From: Botryllus schlosseri
Taxonomy: Eukaryota
Direction: 5' to 3'
NCBI GenBank assembly: GCA_051294905.1
Contig: CM119371.1
Location: forward strand, 20,896,001-20,960,000
Length of the DNA stretch: 64,000 nt
The notes beneath the pieces were generated by a model. It ran no database searches and had not been told where the DNA came from. It saw nothing but the letters and a program-made list of their open reading frames with translations. Positions 23,876 to 35,354 of the stretch are shown in pieces; the first letter of the stretch is position 1, and the number at the start of each line of letters is the position of its first letter. Both the position numbers and the translations under genes were made by a program.

Positions 23876-25396
23876 TTGTAATTGAATTGAAAACAGTCCA
23901 CTCGAATATGGTATTGATTCAAAAAATATGTATCATTATATACCCTGATACAAGCCCTATAATTCACATTTAAAATTATTACGGGTTTGTTAGTCTGGAA
24001 GGTGATATAGAAAAATGTATATGTCGATCCAAATTTACTTTGCACCCCCTAAAACGTTAATCATTTGTACAGACCCCATAAGTCACGCATATCGATCTTT
24101 GTTGCTAGTGAGGAAATATTCTGTCAGCATGCCATTGTAGACAAAGTCGCGTTCTGTAATCATGGGATTATCACAGAGAATTTTTAAAGTATTTTCGGTC
24201 CCAGTGTCTCATCGGTACCACATCTTCCCTACTGTTGAAGTAAATCGTGTCCTTTACTCTGGTGCAGTTCTTTTCGAGCGGTGTGCGTGATGCACCCTTG
24301 GGTCAGTAACAATTGGCAAGAGCAGCCTACAAATTTTATCGCAGCAGTGATGCAGCGAGTAATACGACGAACATGTCAGCAGTACGCGCATAGAAATGAT
24401 AGTCTAGTCCAGTGGTTCTTAACCTGTACTATCTCACGGAACACTTTCGCTAGTCTGCAAGCCTTCGCGAAACTCCAAATTTTCGCTTAGTTGTAGGAAC
24501 GAAAATATTCCACAATGCCCATCTAATACGTTACTATGAATTGGTGGTGCGCAAAAGGAAATGTGCATCAACAGAGTGTCAAAAATCAAACCCATTAAAA
24601 TACGATTTCAACACAAAAAGAAAACATAATGATTTGCAAATTTGCTGTTGCCGTCCAGATACCAATCAGAAATAAAAGGCTTCATCTTCGATTACGATAT
24701 CGTGTTGTTCGGTCGAAACGCAACCACGATATCAGTTGCTTGAGTGCAAACGACAGTATTAATATTGGAGATCTAATTGGCATTTCAGAAAGGCTGGGCT
24801 TAGATTTCGAATCCCAACCTTCCCTGCGTACGCCACTGCACATGACTTACTATCAAGACAGTCCCATACTCATATTGCAACTTCTGATAGGGCCTAAATG
24901 TCGGCAGCCAATTATGACCAAATCATAAATCATTTGTATGGGTTAATTGTGGGTCATGAGCTCTAGAGAACTCCTGATGTTGGCTCAGCGAACCCCCTAG
25001 TGCTCCATTGATTACCGGTGAAAAACCACTGCAATAAGTAGTGAAGATGCTTAACCGATGAGACACTTCGACTGAAAATACTTGAAAATTTCCCTATGAT
25101 AATCTCATGATTGCACTCCGCAAATTTTTCTACAGTTGCATTCTGGCAGAATCGTTCTTCACATGCAAATAACTCAGAACTGCGCGTGTTATAGGGTCAG
25201 TGACAGATCTTTTGTGTCTTAGAGGGTGTAAGATAAATATCTATCGATATCTAATTTTCTCTGTGTAACCTTGAGCACGAACAAACCTGCAATTGTTTTT
25301 AATGTGAAGGTTAGGGCTTATATCAGGTTATATGATGTCGCACTTTCTTTTATTCAATACCATCCTTGAGTGGACTTTTTTCAATTTAATTACAAT
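23876..25396. mobile_element. Old foldback/MITE with ~360-bp diverged inverted arms and an internal Charlie-type insertion (24410-25031)
   Basis: ~23876-24232 is the reverse complement of ~25037-25396 (e.g. agtccactc/gagtggact, gtgtctcatcgg/ccgatgagacac). Confidence 0.75.
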
Positions 25397-25697
25397 ATTT
25401 ATAGACTTTACAGCAGTGGCTCCCAAACTGGAGGGGCGTGAAGCATCTGAAGGGGGCGTTTTCGCTCATGGTGCGATATACGTCCAGCTCATTGTTGTGT
25501 ATAGTCTGAACTTCCTATTTGAGTATTCTCTCATCAACAGCCATAACCCTCCATGCAATCAAACTATCCGTTGGAATTTCGAGGATTCTGGTTCCTCTTT
25601 TTCTTATTTTGTGATATTGCGATAAGGTAGCTAGGATTATTTTACTCTCATAAAGGGGGGCGTGTCTGAAAAATGTTTGAGAGCCACTGGTTTAGAC

Positions 25698-27023
25698 CGG
25701 AGTTGGATCAATTACGATAATTCAGTTCAATTACAATTACAATTACTCCCTTGCATGTTTCAATTAAATTACAAGTACAATTATTCAATGCTAAAAATAT
25801 CAAATTACATTTACAATTACAATTACTATTAAACATGTAATTAAGTAATGTTAATGTAATTCTGTAGAGGTTTTCTTTGACAACCGTAGCGACGTAATTA
25901 GCAACAATCTCAAGCTATTCATGTTTCATTCATGATACGTAGAATACCGTTTAATTAATGACTCGAACGTATTCGAACTATTCCTAATCATGAGTACTGA
26001 AAACTATACAGACACAGAGAAATGTTTCAAGCGACTGGTAACAATCAAAAGTTTGAGCGACTAACAGCGAACAGGTTACAGAACAGTCAATGAAATGCAA
26101 TCAAACGATTGGGCTATTCAAGCGCTGAGTGAGAATAATGGAAATGTAATTGGTACGGCGTCAGCGATAAGGATGATACCGATAAGGTGTGTAAATTAAA
26201 ATAAAGGAAAAATAATATAAGATCCTGATAACTGTGAATTACAACGTTATGGTTCGCATTTACATTTTCACTTGCTCGGAAACTTTTAGATTGCATTTGA
26301 TGAACATTAGGGTGCGAAATGCTTTTAGACACGCCTCCCTTGATAACAGTGAAATATTTCGTGCCTCCTTATCGTCATATAACACTATGAAACCGGAATG
26401 TAGGCAATTCTTACTGATAGTTTGATGGTATGGAAGGTTTTATGACTGTTGATGAGAGAATTCTCTAATATGAAATTTGGACTATGCACAGAGCAATAAC
26501 TATGAAATGGAAGTGAATCGTGCCAAGCCCGGAAATGAATTGAAGTTTACCGGAGTTCGCGCCGCCTTCAGATGCTTTCACGCCGTCCTAGGGGGGCACG
26601 CCTTCCCCCCTCAGTTTGAGAACCACTGGTTTAGCCTATATTCTAATTCACAAAGTTTTCTGTTTGCTACTGAAGTATAGGAAACAGTTTAGTATGCCTG
26701 AATTATCTAGTTATGACGAGGCATGCATAGAACACCGATGTAAATAGGCTAATTACTACAGATGGCAACTGTGTACTAATGCCTTAAGGCGTTGCGGCCC
26801 CTCGTCGTCATCCTGATCCGTACCGGATTTTCACTGGTGTGGCGTATAAATGATTGATTGATTTATTGATTGATTATTTTATGTTGTGATTGTCAGGTTT
26901 CCATAACAATGCAATTGAAATTGTAATCGAGCAAAAATTTTATCAAATTACAATTACAATTACATGAAAACATGTCATTAATTACATTTAGCTCAATTAC
27001 AAATTATAATTGATCCAACCCTG
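25698..27023. mobile_element. hAT MITE with (AATTAC)n subterminal repeats; contains nested fragments
   Basis: Ends CGGAGTTGGATCAATTA / TAATTGATCCAACCCTG. TSD GTTTAGAC / GTTTAGAT. Contains a Charlie MITE piece and a retroposon 3' end with a (GATT)n tail at ~26780-26875. Confidence 0.8.
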
Positions 27024-27126
27024 GTTTAGATCGATGATGCCATAGCCAAACCAAACAAAATACGCCTCTCCATATACAGAGAGGCCGTATGTCAAAATTA
27101 CCCGCGGTATTTTATATCTATAAGGA

Positions 27127-27678
27127 GTTATTTGAATAGTATATTCATATTGAAATTAACCCGAATATTCTCGACTGAAACTCCTCAGGGGTAATCGTCA
27201 GCAACTAGCAGAGAATACAAAAGAACAGCGTATATCAACAATCGTAACACAAAATATGACGTCACCAGCACGAAATGTCGAATACGAGAGCGTTCAATGT
27301 ACTATTTTTAGGTGATACACGAACTCTTTTTGTTGACACAGCCTTGGCTGGTGTATTTTGATGAAAGTCGACTCCAATGCACACAAATGAAAGTGTGAGC
27401 GACCCTTTCCGAGTACGCGAAATCTGTCGTCTCGATGATTTTTCGCACAGGCGGGATTATCCAACAAGTGTTTGCCAATTGCAGAATTTATGGCCTTTGA
27501 TTGTTCCGCATCAATCTTGAGCGAATGAGCTAAGGGTGAGCTTTGCAGCGAGTGTGTTCCAATGAATCTAAGGACATGCTGATTTATGCGTTCCTGCAAG
27601 CGCTTTGACGTTCTTCCCACGTAGCCGCAATCACAGTGACACTTAAATTCGTAAACTACATTGCTTTGCTGAAGTGCT
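27127..27678 (-). mobile_element. Second, shorter 5'-truncated Penelope-like retroelement (GIY-YIG domain only)
   Basis: SNVVYEFKCHCDCGYVGRTSKRLQERINQH...SAIGKHL...LESTFIKIHQPRLCQQKEFVYHLKIVH. Paralogous to 13693-14541. Confidence 0.9.
27156..27195 (-). ncRNA. Minimal hammerhead ribozyme motif in the second PLE (C3-G8 core; GAAA reads GAGA)
   Basis: Minus strand reads auuaccc CUGAGGA g-uuucagu-c GAGA auau UC ggguuaau. Confidence 0.65.
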
Positions 27679-28466
27679 ATTCAATTGTATATTGAAGTTC
27701 TGTACCTCCAAGAAGCTGATCAAGGAGTTATTTGGAAGTCAGAATCTCGATTTACCGGCAATATGGAAGTACGCTCAAATGTGTAAGTATGAGCCCAAAT
27801 CGAAAAGTCATTTTATGATAACATTTCAGTTAATGAGTGTTTAAAATCTGTTGCTCGAAAGTATCATCGTTCCCCAACCGGTGGTTTCACGGGCACACGG
27901 ACCGATGAGACACGCTAAAAAAACTTGAATATTCCAAATTTTCCTGTTGCGTACAACAATCGCAGGCTACAGCAATCCAAAGAAGAATATTTGGTTGCCA
28001 CCTTTACCAAAATAGAATTATTATTAAAAGGTTTTTGAAAAGGTGGATCCACCTGTAGACTTATATATCTGTGGTAGGTAGATCAAAGAGTTGAGCCAGC
28101 AAAAGATCTCCTGTTCTCAGCTGGACATTTGAGATAAGAGAACATTTTGCAATTTTTCATTCATCGGTTCCACAACTCCCCTATAGGAGATGGAATTGGC
28201 ATTTCGAAAAGAAGAGGGTACGATTTTAAACACAACCACCTCTTCCCTGCGTCCGGCGCTTCATAGTGCACATGTCATGAAACCACGGCTACTTATTGCA
28301 TGCATCGAATTATGACGTGTCCTCATCAATGTATATTTTTCATCTTCTTTGGAATCACTGAGAATGATTCGTGGAACCCCTGGTGTTTCGTGGAACACCG
28401 GTTAAGTAGAGATTACTAACCTACCGATAGACACTCCCGTCCTAACGCTTGGGCAAGCAGCATCTC

Positions 28467-30195
28467 TGGACCGCGAAAAGACTGCGGAGAAAGCTTGAAC
28501 GTCAGTGGAGAGCTTCTAAACTAGTCGTCCATAGACAGATGTACCAAGAACAATGCACTCGGGTGATCAGAATGATAGTCAAAGCAAAATCTAGCTACTA
28601 CAACAACTTGATAATGGAATGCAAGGATAACAAGAAGAAACTCTTCAGCGTAACGAAAAACCTCCTCGCAGAATCGAGCTCGGTCAAACTACCATCGAAT
28701 CATCCATCGTCACTAAGTCTGGCAAATTCATTTAACACGGTTTTCCGTGACAAGGTCGGCTCTATCAGACAATTTTTGCTTGCTCAGCAAGGCAACCGAC
28801 ACCGATCAGAAGGACAAACAAACGAGGAAAATTTCAACGGTGCCGCTCTGGATAATCTATCGCCTACTAATGTTGATGAGATTAAAGAGCTCATATCTGG
28901 TACGCGTCCAAAGACATGCGATCTTGATCCTATACCAACTTGGATTCTGATGGAATGTTTCTCGGACTTGGCGATTCTGGTCGTCGAAATCATAAATCGG
29001 TCGCTGTTAGACGGCGTGGTACCGCAATGCTTTAAGCGAGCTGTGGTGACCCCACTCCTGAAGAAGAACAGTCTTGACTCCGATCTGATGCAAAACTATC
29101 GACCGATATCGCAGCTTCCGCATCTCTCAAAACTTCTGGAAAAGGTTGTCGCCAAACGCATTGTGGACCATGTGACCGAGTACGATCTTCACGATATGAA
29201 TCAGTCGGCATATCGTGCCGGACACTCGACTGAAACAGCAACGTTACGTGTCAACAATGACATTGCTTCTGCCCTCGACAACGGAAACATGGTCGCTCTA
29301 ATCATGCTGGATCTCTCCGCTGCCTTCGATGTAATCGACCACGTTCTATTGGTGGAACGGCTCCATCATGTATTCGGAATCTCCGGCGTGGCATTAGAAT
29401 GGGTAAAATCATATTTGAAAGATAGAATGCAGTGCGTATCTGTGGATGGTGTCCGTTCGTCAGAGATTCAAATCGAATCAGGAGTACCACAGGGTTCTGT
29501 TCTCGGCCCATTGCTCTACCTCATGTACACGAAGCCAGTCGGAGATATTTGCCGTCGCCATGGTTTCTTCCACCATTGCTACGCGGATGATACACAGGTT
29601 TACGGTCTTATGAGAAATAGCAATGACTGGGAGAGCGTGTCATCCAAGTTACAGCGATGTCTTATCGATATTGAGCTCTGGATGACACAAAATCGTCTCA
29701 AGTTGAACAAAGAGAAAACTGAACTCAAAATTTTTACGCCAACCAGACGCCCCATCGACCACAATCAATTCACCATCAGATTCGGACCAGACACCATCCA
29801 AGCCAAGACCTGTGTACGTAACCTAGGTATTCACTTTGACGGCATGCTCTCAATGGAAAAACATATCGACTATACATCAAAGATCTGTTTCATGTATATC
29901 CACAAGATCAGTCGAATCAGGAACTACCTATCTGAGGATGCATGCAAAGCCATAATACTGTCGCTGGTGATATCACGGCTTGACTATGGAAATGCTCTGC
30001 TTTACGGGGTAAACCAAAATTGCATCGACAGGCTACAAAAGATCCAAAACATCGCTGCTCGTTTGGTAACTCGGTCAAGGAAGCGTGATCACGTAACGCC
30101 GATTCTTAGATCCCTTCATTGGTTACCCGTGAAATTTAGGTCTGAATACAAGCTTCTTCTGTACGTCTTCAAATGCATGGAGGGAAGTGCACCAA
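28467..30195 (+). CDS. LINE ORF2 reverse transcriptase, 5' part (partial)
   Basis: NYRPISQLPHLSKLLEKVV, QSAYRAGHSTETA, LDLSAAFD, GVPQGSVLGP, YADD, LKLNKEKTE, LHWLPV. No internal stops. Confidence 0.93.
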
Positions 30196-30904
30196 TAGGG
30201 TGGAGTGAAAAATGCAAATTTTTGAATTTCAAAAAAGGGTCTTGATATGTGGTGCCAAATAGTAAACAAATAAATTCTATCATAATTTTGGGTTCGTACA
30301 CCCTCTAGTGGTCGTGCAATTTCACCGAACGAGCCAAAAACAGCTAATTTCATCATATCTTGATCATCACTTACACTAGAAAGTCAGTTTTGGGCTTAAA
30401 AGATGCAGAAGCAACATGTTTCTATCTCACTTCCATAGAACTTACTCTTAAAAATGAACAGAAAAAAAGTTACAAGCAAATTTCTGATTTTATAGGTAAA
30501 ATTGAGCACGGAAGCAGTGGGTAGGATGTCAAAAGCGTGTAGTGATTGATCTTACGACTGAGCAACATACCCTATCAATTAGAACTACTTTTCAAAACTT
30601 TCTCAAACAAATGAACCCCCTCCAAGCATAAATAGGGCTCGGGCATCGAATAGAGACTGCTAAAACTGTATTTAAAACAGCGTCCATTGGTAGTGCAGCG
30701 TCACGATATCGGTAAGTCTATAACAACGGCCCTCATGAGATTTTTTTCCAAAATGCTGTCGTAGGGTGTGTATCATATTTGTCACAAAGCTGAATGAAAG
30801 CACAAAAATTGAAAATACACATTCAAAACACAAACATCAATTCTATACTGGAAACAGAAATTTTTTGTAGCAGTATCATATGAGTATCAGTGTGCACAAA
30901 CATT

Positions 30905-31530
30905 AAAATCATGTTTAGTATTGAAAGATTTCATCTGCTTTCAAGACTTCAGTTTTTGTCTGATGAGGCTATCTCTACGTTTAAATCCTGAAACATGGGT
31001 AGATGCTTCAGTAACCACGTTTTAATGTCTTTCCACTGCCTGGTTGTGGCAAGGATGACTGATCCTTAATGGTGATGATCTTAGGTTTTCCACCTCGACA
31101 TCTGACAAGGTTTGGTGTGGTTGTTCTGCGCATAGCTGTAATCTTGTTAACTGTAAATCTTCGGTCGTATCCCTCCTCGTCACCAAAGCATTCCCAGCAA
31201 AATATTTTCTGGATGTTCAAAATGACCATTTCTTCGTAGCAAAGATGGTGCAAGGGAGTGAATTCGGGTATCAGTCAGCTTTGTGACACGGGAAACTATA
31301 TTGTGGAAATTTTTAGCACCATCTACAATGGAATTGTGCATTTTTATTTCAAACCATGACGGAAAATAGACCTCCATGCAGAATTGAGCAAGACAATTCA
31401 GATTTCTCGATGGACGACTCTGTCCCACATAGTACTTTGAAATTTGAGATGCGAGAGTCAACCATATTGAATGAACGACGGGCCCAGCCTCCAAATATTG
31501 CAGATCTGGTTCCAATTGACGACTTTGAAG
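30905..31530 (-). pseudogene. hATm-like transposase C-terminal remnant (left arm)
   Basis: LEAGPVVHSIWLTLAS...VYFPSWFEIK...DGAKN...RNGHFEHPENILLGML, then HPCHNQAVERH*NVVTEAS...RRDSLIRQKLKS*KQMKSFNTKHDF. Confidence 0.75.
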
Positions 31531-31577
31531 GAGGATATGTAAATGAAACCAAACCCTAAAGCAGCAACATTGACACC

Positions 31578-31895
31578 AGCATCAGATTCTTCCAAATTCC
31601 AGTTATCAACATCAAGGCTTAATCTTTCCACCAAATTGTCAACTTAAACCTCAAAAATATTGAACAGCCGCCTGCATCGCAATCAAGACCTTGTCTGATC
31701 ACGAGTTGGGAAACCTATGATCATCACCATTAAGGCTCAGTTATCCTTGCCACAACCAGGCAGTGGAAAGACATGTGACAGTGCTGACATAAGCATCTGC
31801 TCAATGTTTCAGGATTTAAACGTAGAGATAGCCTCATCAGACAAAAACTGAAGTCTTGAAAGCAGATGAAATCTTTCAATACTAAACATGACTTT
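31578..31895 (+). pseudogene. hATm-like transposase C-terminal remnant (right arm)
   Basis: SIRFFQIPVINIKA*SFHQIVNLNLKNIEQPP, then YPCHNQAVERHV...RRDSLIRQKLKS*KQMKSFNTKHDF. Confidence 0.75.
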
Positions 31896-32616
31896 ATTGT
31901 TTGTGCACACTGATACTCATGTGATACTGCTACAAAAATTTTCTGTTTCCAGTATAGAATTGATGTTTGTGTTTTGAATGTGCATTTTCAATTTTTGCGC
32001 TTTCTTTCAGGAGCTTTGTGACAAATATGATACAAACCCTACGACAGCATTTTGGTAAGAAATCTCATGAGGGCCGTTGTTATAAACTTACCGATATCGT
32101 GATGCCGCACTACCAATAGACGCTGTTTTAAATACAGTTTTAGCAGTCTCTATTCGATACCCGAGCCCTATTTATGCTTGGAGGCGGTTTCATTTGTTTG
32201 AGAAAGTTTTGAAAGTAGTTCTAATTGATAGGGTATATTGCTCATTCACAAGATCAATCACTACACGCTTTTGACATCCTACCCACTGCTTCAGTGCTTA
32301 ATTTTACCTATAAAATCAGAAATTTGCTTATAACTTTTTTTCTGTTCATTTTTAAGAGTAAGTTCTATGGAAGTGAGATAGAAACATGTTGCTTCTGCAT
32401 CTTTTAAGCCCAAAACTGACTTTCTAGTGTAAGTGATGATTAAGATATGGCGAAATTAGCTGTTTTTGGCTCGTTCGGTGAAATTGCACGACCACTAGAG
32501 GGTGTACGAACCCAAAATTATGATAGAATTTATTTGTTTACTATTTGGCACCACATATCAAGACCCTTTTTTGAAATTCAAAAATTTTCATTTTTCACTC
32601 CACCCTAGTGCACCAA

Positions 32617-32855
32617 CGTATCTTCGTGAGCTAGTGACAATGTATAATCCCGGAAGAGCGCTACGTTCTCAGTCCCAAATGCTCTTGTCAGTTCCAAGAG
32701 TTAGAACATCGACCTACGGTGTGAGAACCTTTTCTTCCTCGGCCGCCATTCTGTGGAACAATCTTCCAATTTCTATCAGACTATGTGACTCGCTATATGT
32801 TTTCAAACGCAAAATCAAGACCGTTTTATTCACACGAGCGTTCGAACTAGAGTAG
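32617..32855 (+). CDS. LINE ORF2 C-terminus (continuation after the transposon insertion)
   Basis: The rejoined frame reads ...GSAPTYLRELVTMYNPGRALRS...TFSSSAAILWNNLPISIR...FKRKIKTVLF. Confidence 0.9.
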
Positions 32856-33830
32856 TGTTCTTTCCGCCCTACAACTATGCACTTCGTCTTTTATACATAT
32901 CGTTTACTTTTATATTTTATTGCCTTTTATGTACAGCGCCCTAGTGTAGTAATGACATATTGTTATATTCGGCGCTCTATAAATTATTATATATTATTAT
33001 TGCTGAGCAATCTAATAGTAGCGTAATTGATACTGATATAGCTGGCGATCCGAGTGCTGAAATTTAATATATCTGATCTTAATCGAATGCTAGTGTCCCA
33101 CTAATTCCAAATATACAAATTAAAATCTGGGCACGACCATGGAACTACCTCAAAACAGCCTCCAGAGTCGGAAAATCGCTTTTGTTTCGAAAATTCGCTT
33201 GAAATAATTGGCCAATATTATGTTAATGGTGTTGAGTGCTGCTATTGTTAGAACAATGCCGATTTTCAGACAGTGAGGAAGTTTTAGGGGTGGTTCCATT
33301 GCCCTGACGACCTGATTTTAATTTCGATTTGCAGTGCGGCAGTAGCTTTCGATTAAGTCTGGTTATATTAAATTCCAGCGTTCGGGGCGCCAGCTATAGC
33401 GTTAGCAATTACGCCACATTTAGATTTCTCCGCAATTTGAGACACCGCTTGCCCAAGCGTAACCGCCGGGAGTTGTATCCGTAGGTTTGTAATGTGTAGG
33501 TTAAATACCACTGGTCCAGTTTAAATATGATTGGTTATCCATAGATCATACATATAATGCAATTAAAATCAATGTTGCTCAGGCATTCCCGAAACTAACT
33601 AATTTCCTAACTTCTTTTATTCGTGTGAAAGCGGACAAGGCTAAGGTTACTCGTAGTATAGTACCAGCCTGATCCTGATGCAGTTCACACCTACCACATA
33701 CCCAACACAAAGGAACACTATTAAAGATGACCCTGCGGTAAGTATATTCCAGCATGATACAGAAGGAGTTTGTCAGTTGAAAAGCATGGATACGATAAGC
33801 AATATTTTCTGTTTTTTAGTTTCTCGTAAG

Positions 33831-35339
33831 GACTGTGGGGTCGGAGTCAGACTTTGGTTTAATTTTCTCTGGGTGGAGTTGGAGATGGGGTCAGAAAATG
33901 CTTTTAACAACTTTTGTAGTCGGAGTTAGTGATGCGCAAACACTTACCGGCCAGTGTTGGGATGACTCGAGTCATGACTTGACTCGAGTCAGACTCGAGT
34001 CACCATTTTTGTATGACTTGACTTGACTCGAGTCACTTTGCTAAAATGACTTGACTTGACTTGACTCGGCGTATCAGAAATGTGGATTGACTCGTGACTC
34101 GGAGCAAAATTCACGAGTCAATTTCAAGTCATCAAGTAATCGGTGTCGATAAAAATCACTGTATTTTGCACATGGTCGGATTGTTCACGAAACGCTGGTG
34201 TAACCCGTGATAGCGACCAATCATTCAATGATCGTGCGTTTTACTGAGCCTATACATTGTTCTGTCACAAATAAATTGACCACAAACGAAGTGATCGAAG
34301 CTTACAGCTTACGTTATCGTAGAATAGTATAGTAAAGTAATGCAAAATGTATATTTCTGTTCTCTGTTCTTACCTTATCCAAACGTCTTGTTTTATTGAA
34401 ATTGAATTCGAATATAGTTTATTTAGTCCACCGCCATTGGCGCTGGCTCGAATTCGATCATGTCAATTTGTAAATGGGTAATGTATTGCATCTTATCAAT
34501 TCGTTTCTTTATTCTCTATTTTGGCTGGTAACTATTAACTGATGCTATGCAATTACTTTCGTTCTTTAACAGTTCTACGTATATGTGAGTGATGCAGCGC
34601 TTTCATGCGTGTATATTTAACTCTATATTCGCTCATCGGTTCAGAATCAATGACCACTCAATCTGTATTTCAGACAGACAGTAAAATGCAATGACGTAAT
34701 CATGCCTCAAACTTCGAAAAGGCTACTTGACTTGAATTGTGACTTGACTCGTGACTTGACTTGACTTGACTCGACTTGACTCGAGTCACCTCCAAAAATG
34801 GAGTGACTTGACTTGACTCGAGTCACCTTCGAAAATCGAATGACTTGACTTGACTCGAGTCAAAATGTGCAATGACTCGAAATGACTCGTGACTCGAAGG
34901 TAGTGACTTGATCCCAACACTGTTACCGGCTAGAGTCAAAGTTGGAATTTTTGTAAATGCTCTGACTCCGACTACAACTCGAACCGCGTTAATATTGCAG
35001 AAACTGTTCTTGAATGATGCTAAAAAGTGCCATTTCAGCTACTATCAACTATCAAATTAGTATTGCAGGGTTTCCACAAGCTACGAGCTACATTCGAACA
35101 ATATTTCCTGAATTGAAAAAATGGGTAACAAAATCAACTAAAATGTAATAAATGTATAATTTTCTGAGTATATGTACAGGAAAGGTTGAGTCGGAGTTGG
35201 AGCTCTGCGGAGAAAATATCACGAGCCAGAGCTGGAGTCGGCGTGTTTTCACTTTTAGTCGGAGTCGGTACATTAGAAATATCTGGAGTCGAAGTCGGAT
35301 TTGGAGTCGGTGGTAAAATAAACACACTCCACAGCCCTG
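33831..35339. mobile_element. hAT MITE with GGAGTC(G) repeats; host of 33952-34922
   Basis: Ends GACTGTGG (eroded) / CCACAGCCCTG. Flanks CTCGTAAG / ATCGTAAG. Confidence 0.7.
33952..34922. mobile_element. hAT MITE with (GACTT)n repeats
   Basis: TIR CAGTGTTGGGAT / ATCCCAACACTG. TSD TTACCGGC at 33944-33951 and 34923-34930. Relatives at 44399-46914 and ~50070-50512. Confidence 0.92.
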
Positions 35340-35354
35340 ATCGTAAGCTATAGC

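Larger units (their letters stand above)
30196..32607. mobile_element. Palindromic hATm-like non-autonomous DNA transposon (2412 bp, ~890-bp inverted arms)
   Basis: Termini TAGGGTGGAGTGAAAAATG / CATTTTTCACTCCACCCTA. 9-bp TSD GTGCACCAA at 30187-30195 and 32608-32616. Arms ~30196-31090 and ~31708-32607. Confidence 0.88.
28467..33001 (+). mobile_element. 5'-truncated L2/CR1-clade LINE, interrupted at 30196-32607
   Basis: RT ORF2 continues after removal of the insertion. 3' UTR gtacagcgcc...ggcgctctataaattattatatattatta has an (ATT)n-like tail. No TSD found. Confidence 0.93.
28406..33500. mobile_element. Palindromic MITE that is the host of the L2 insertion
   Basis: 28411-28466 plus 33001-33150 are the reverse complement of ~33285-33497 (acgcttgggcaagc / gcttgcccaagcgt). 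TTAA lies outside both ends (28402 and 33501), so it is possibly piggyBac-like. Confidence 0.7.

Noticed and set aside
30196..30245. C-terminus IGWSEKCKFLNFKKGS of the 598-aa ORF, and the N-terminus of ORF 32502..32855
   Set aside because: Both are read-through into the inserted transposon's arms. The real LINE frame joins 30195 to 32617.
33952..34922. Clusters of GACTCGAGTC/GACTT repeats (also at 3922, 21621 and 48327) as a CRISPR-like array
   Set aside because: There is no constant repeat-spacer periodicity. The motifs lie inside TIR/TSD-bounded hAT MITEs in eukaryotic DNA.
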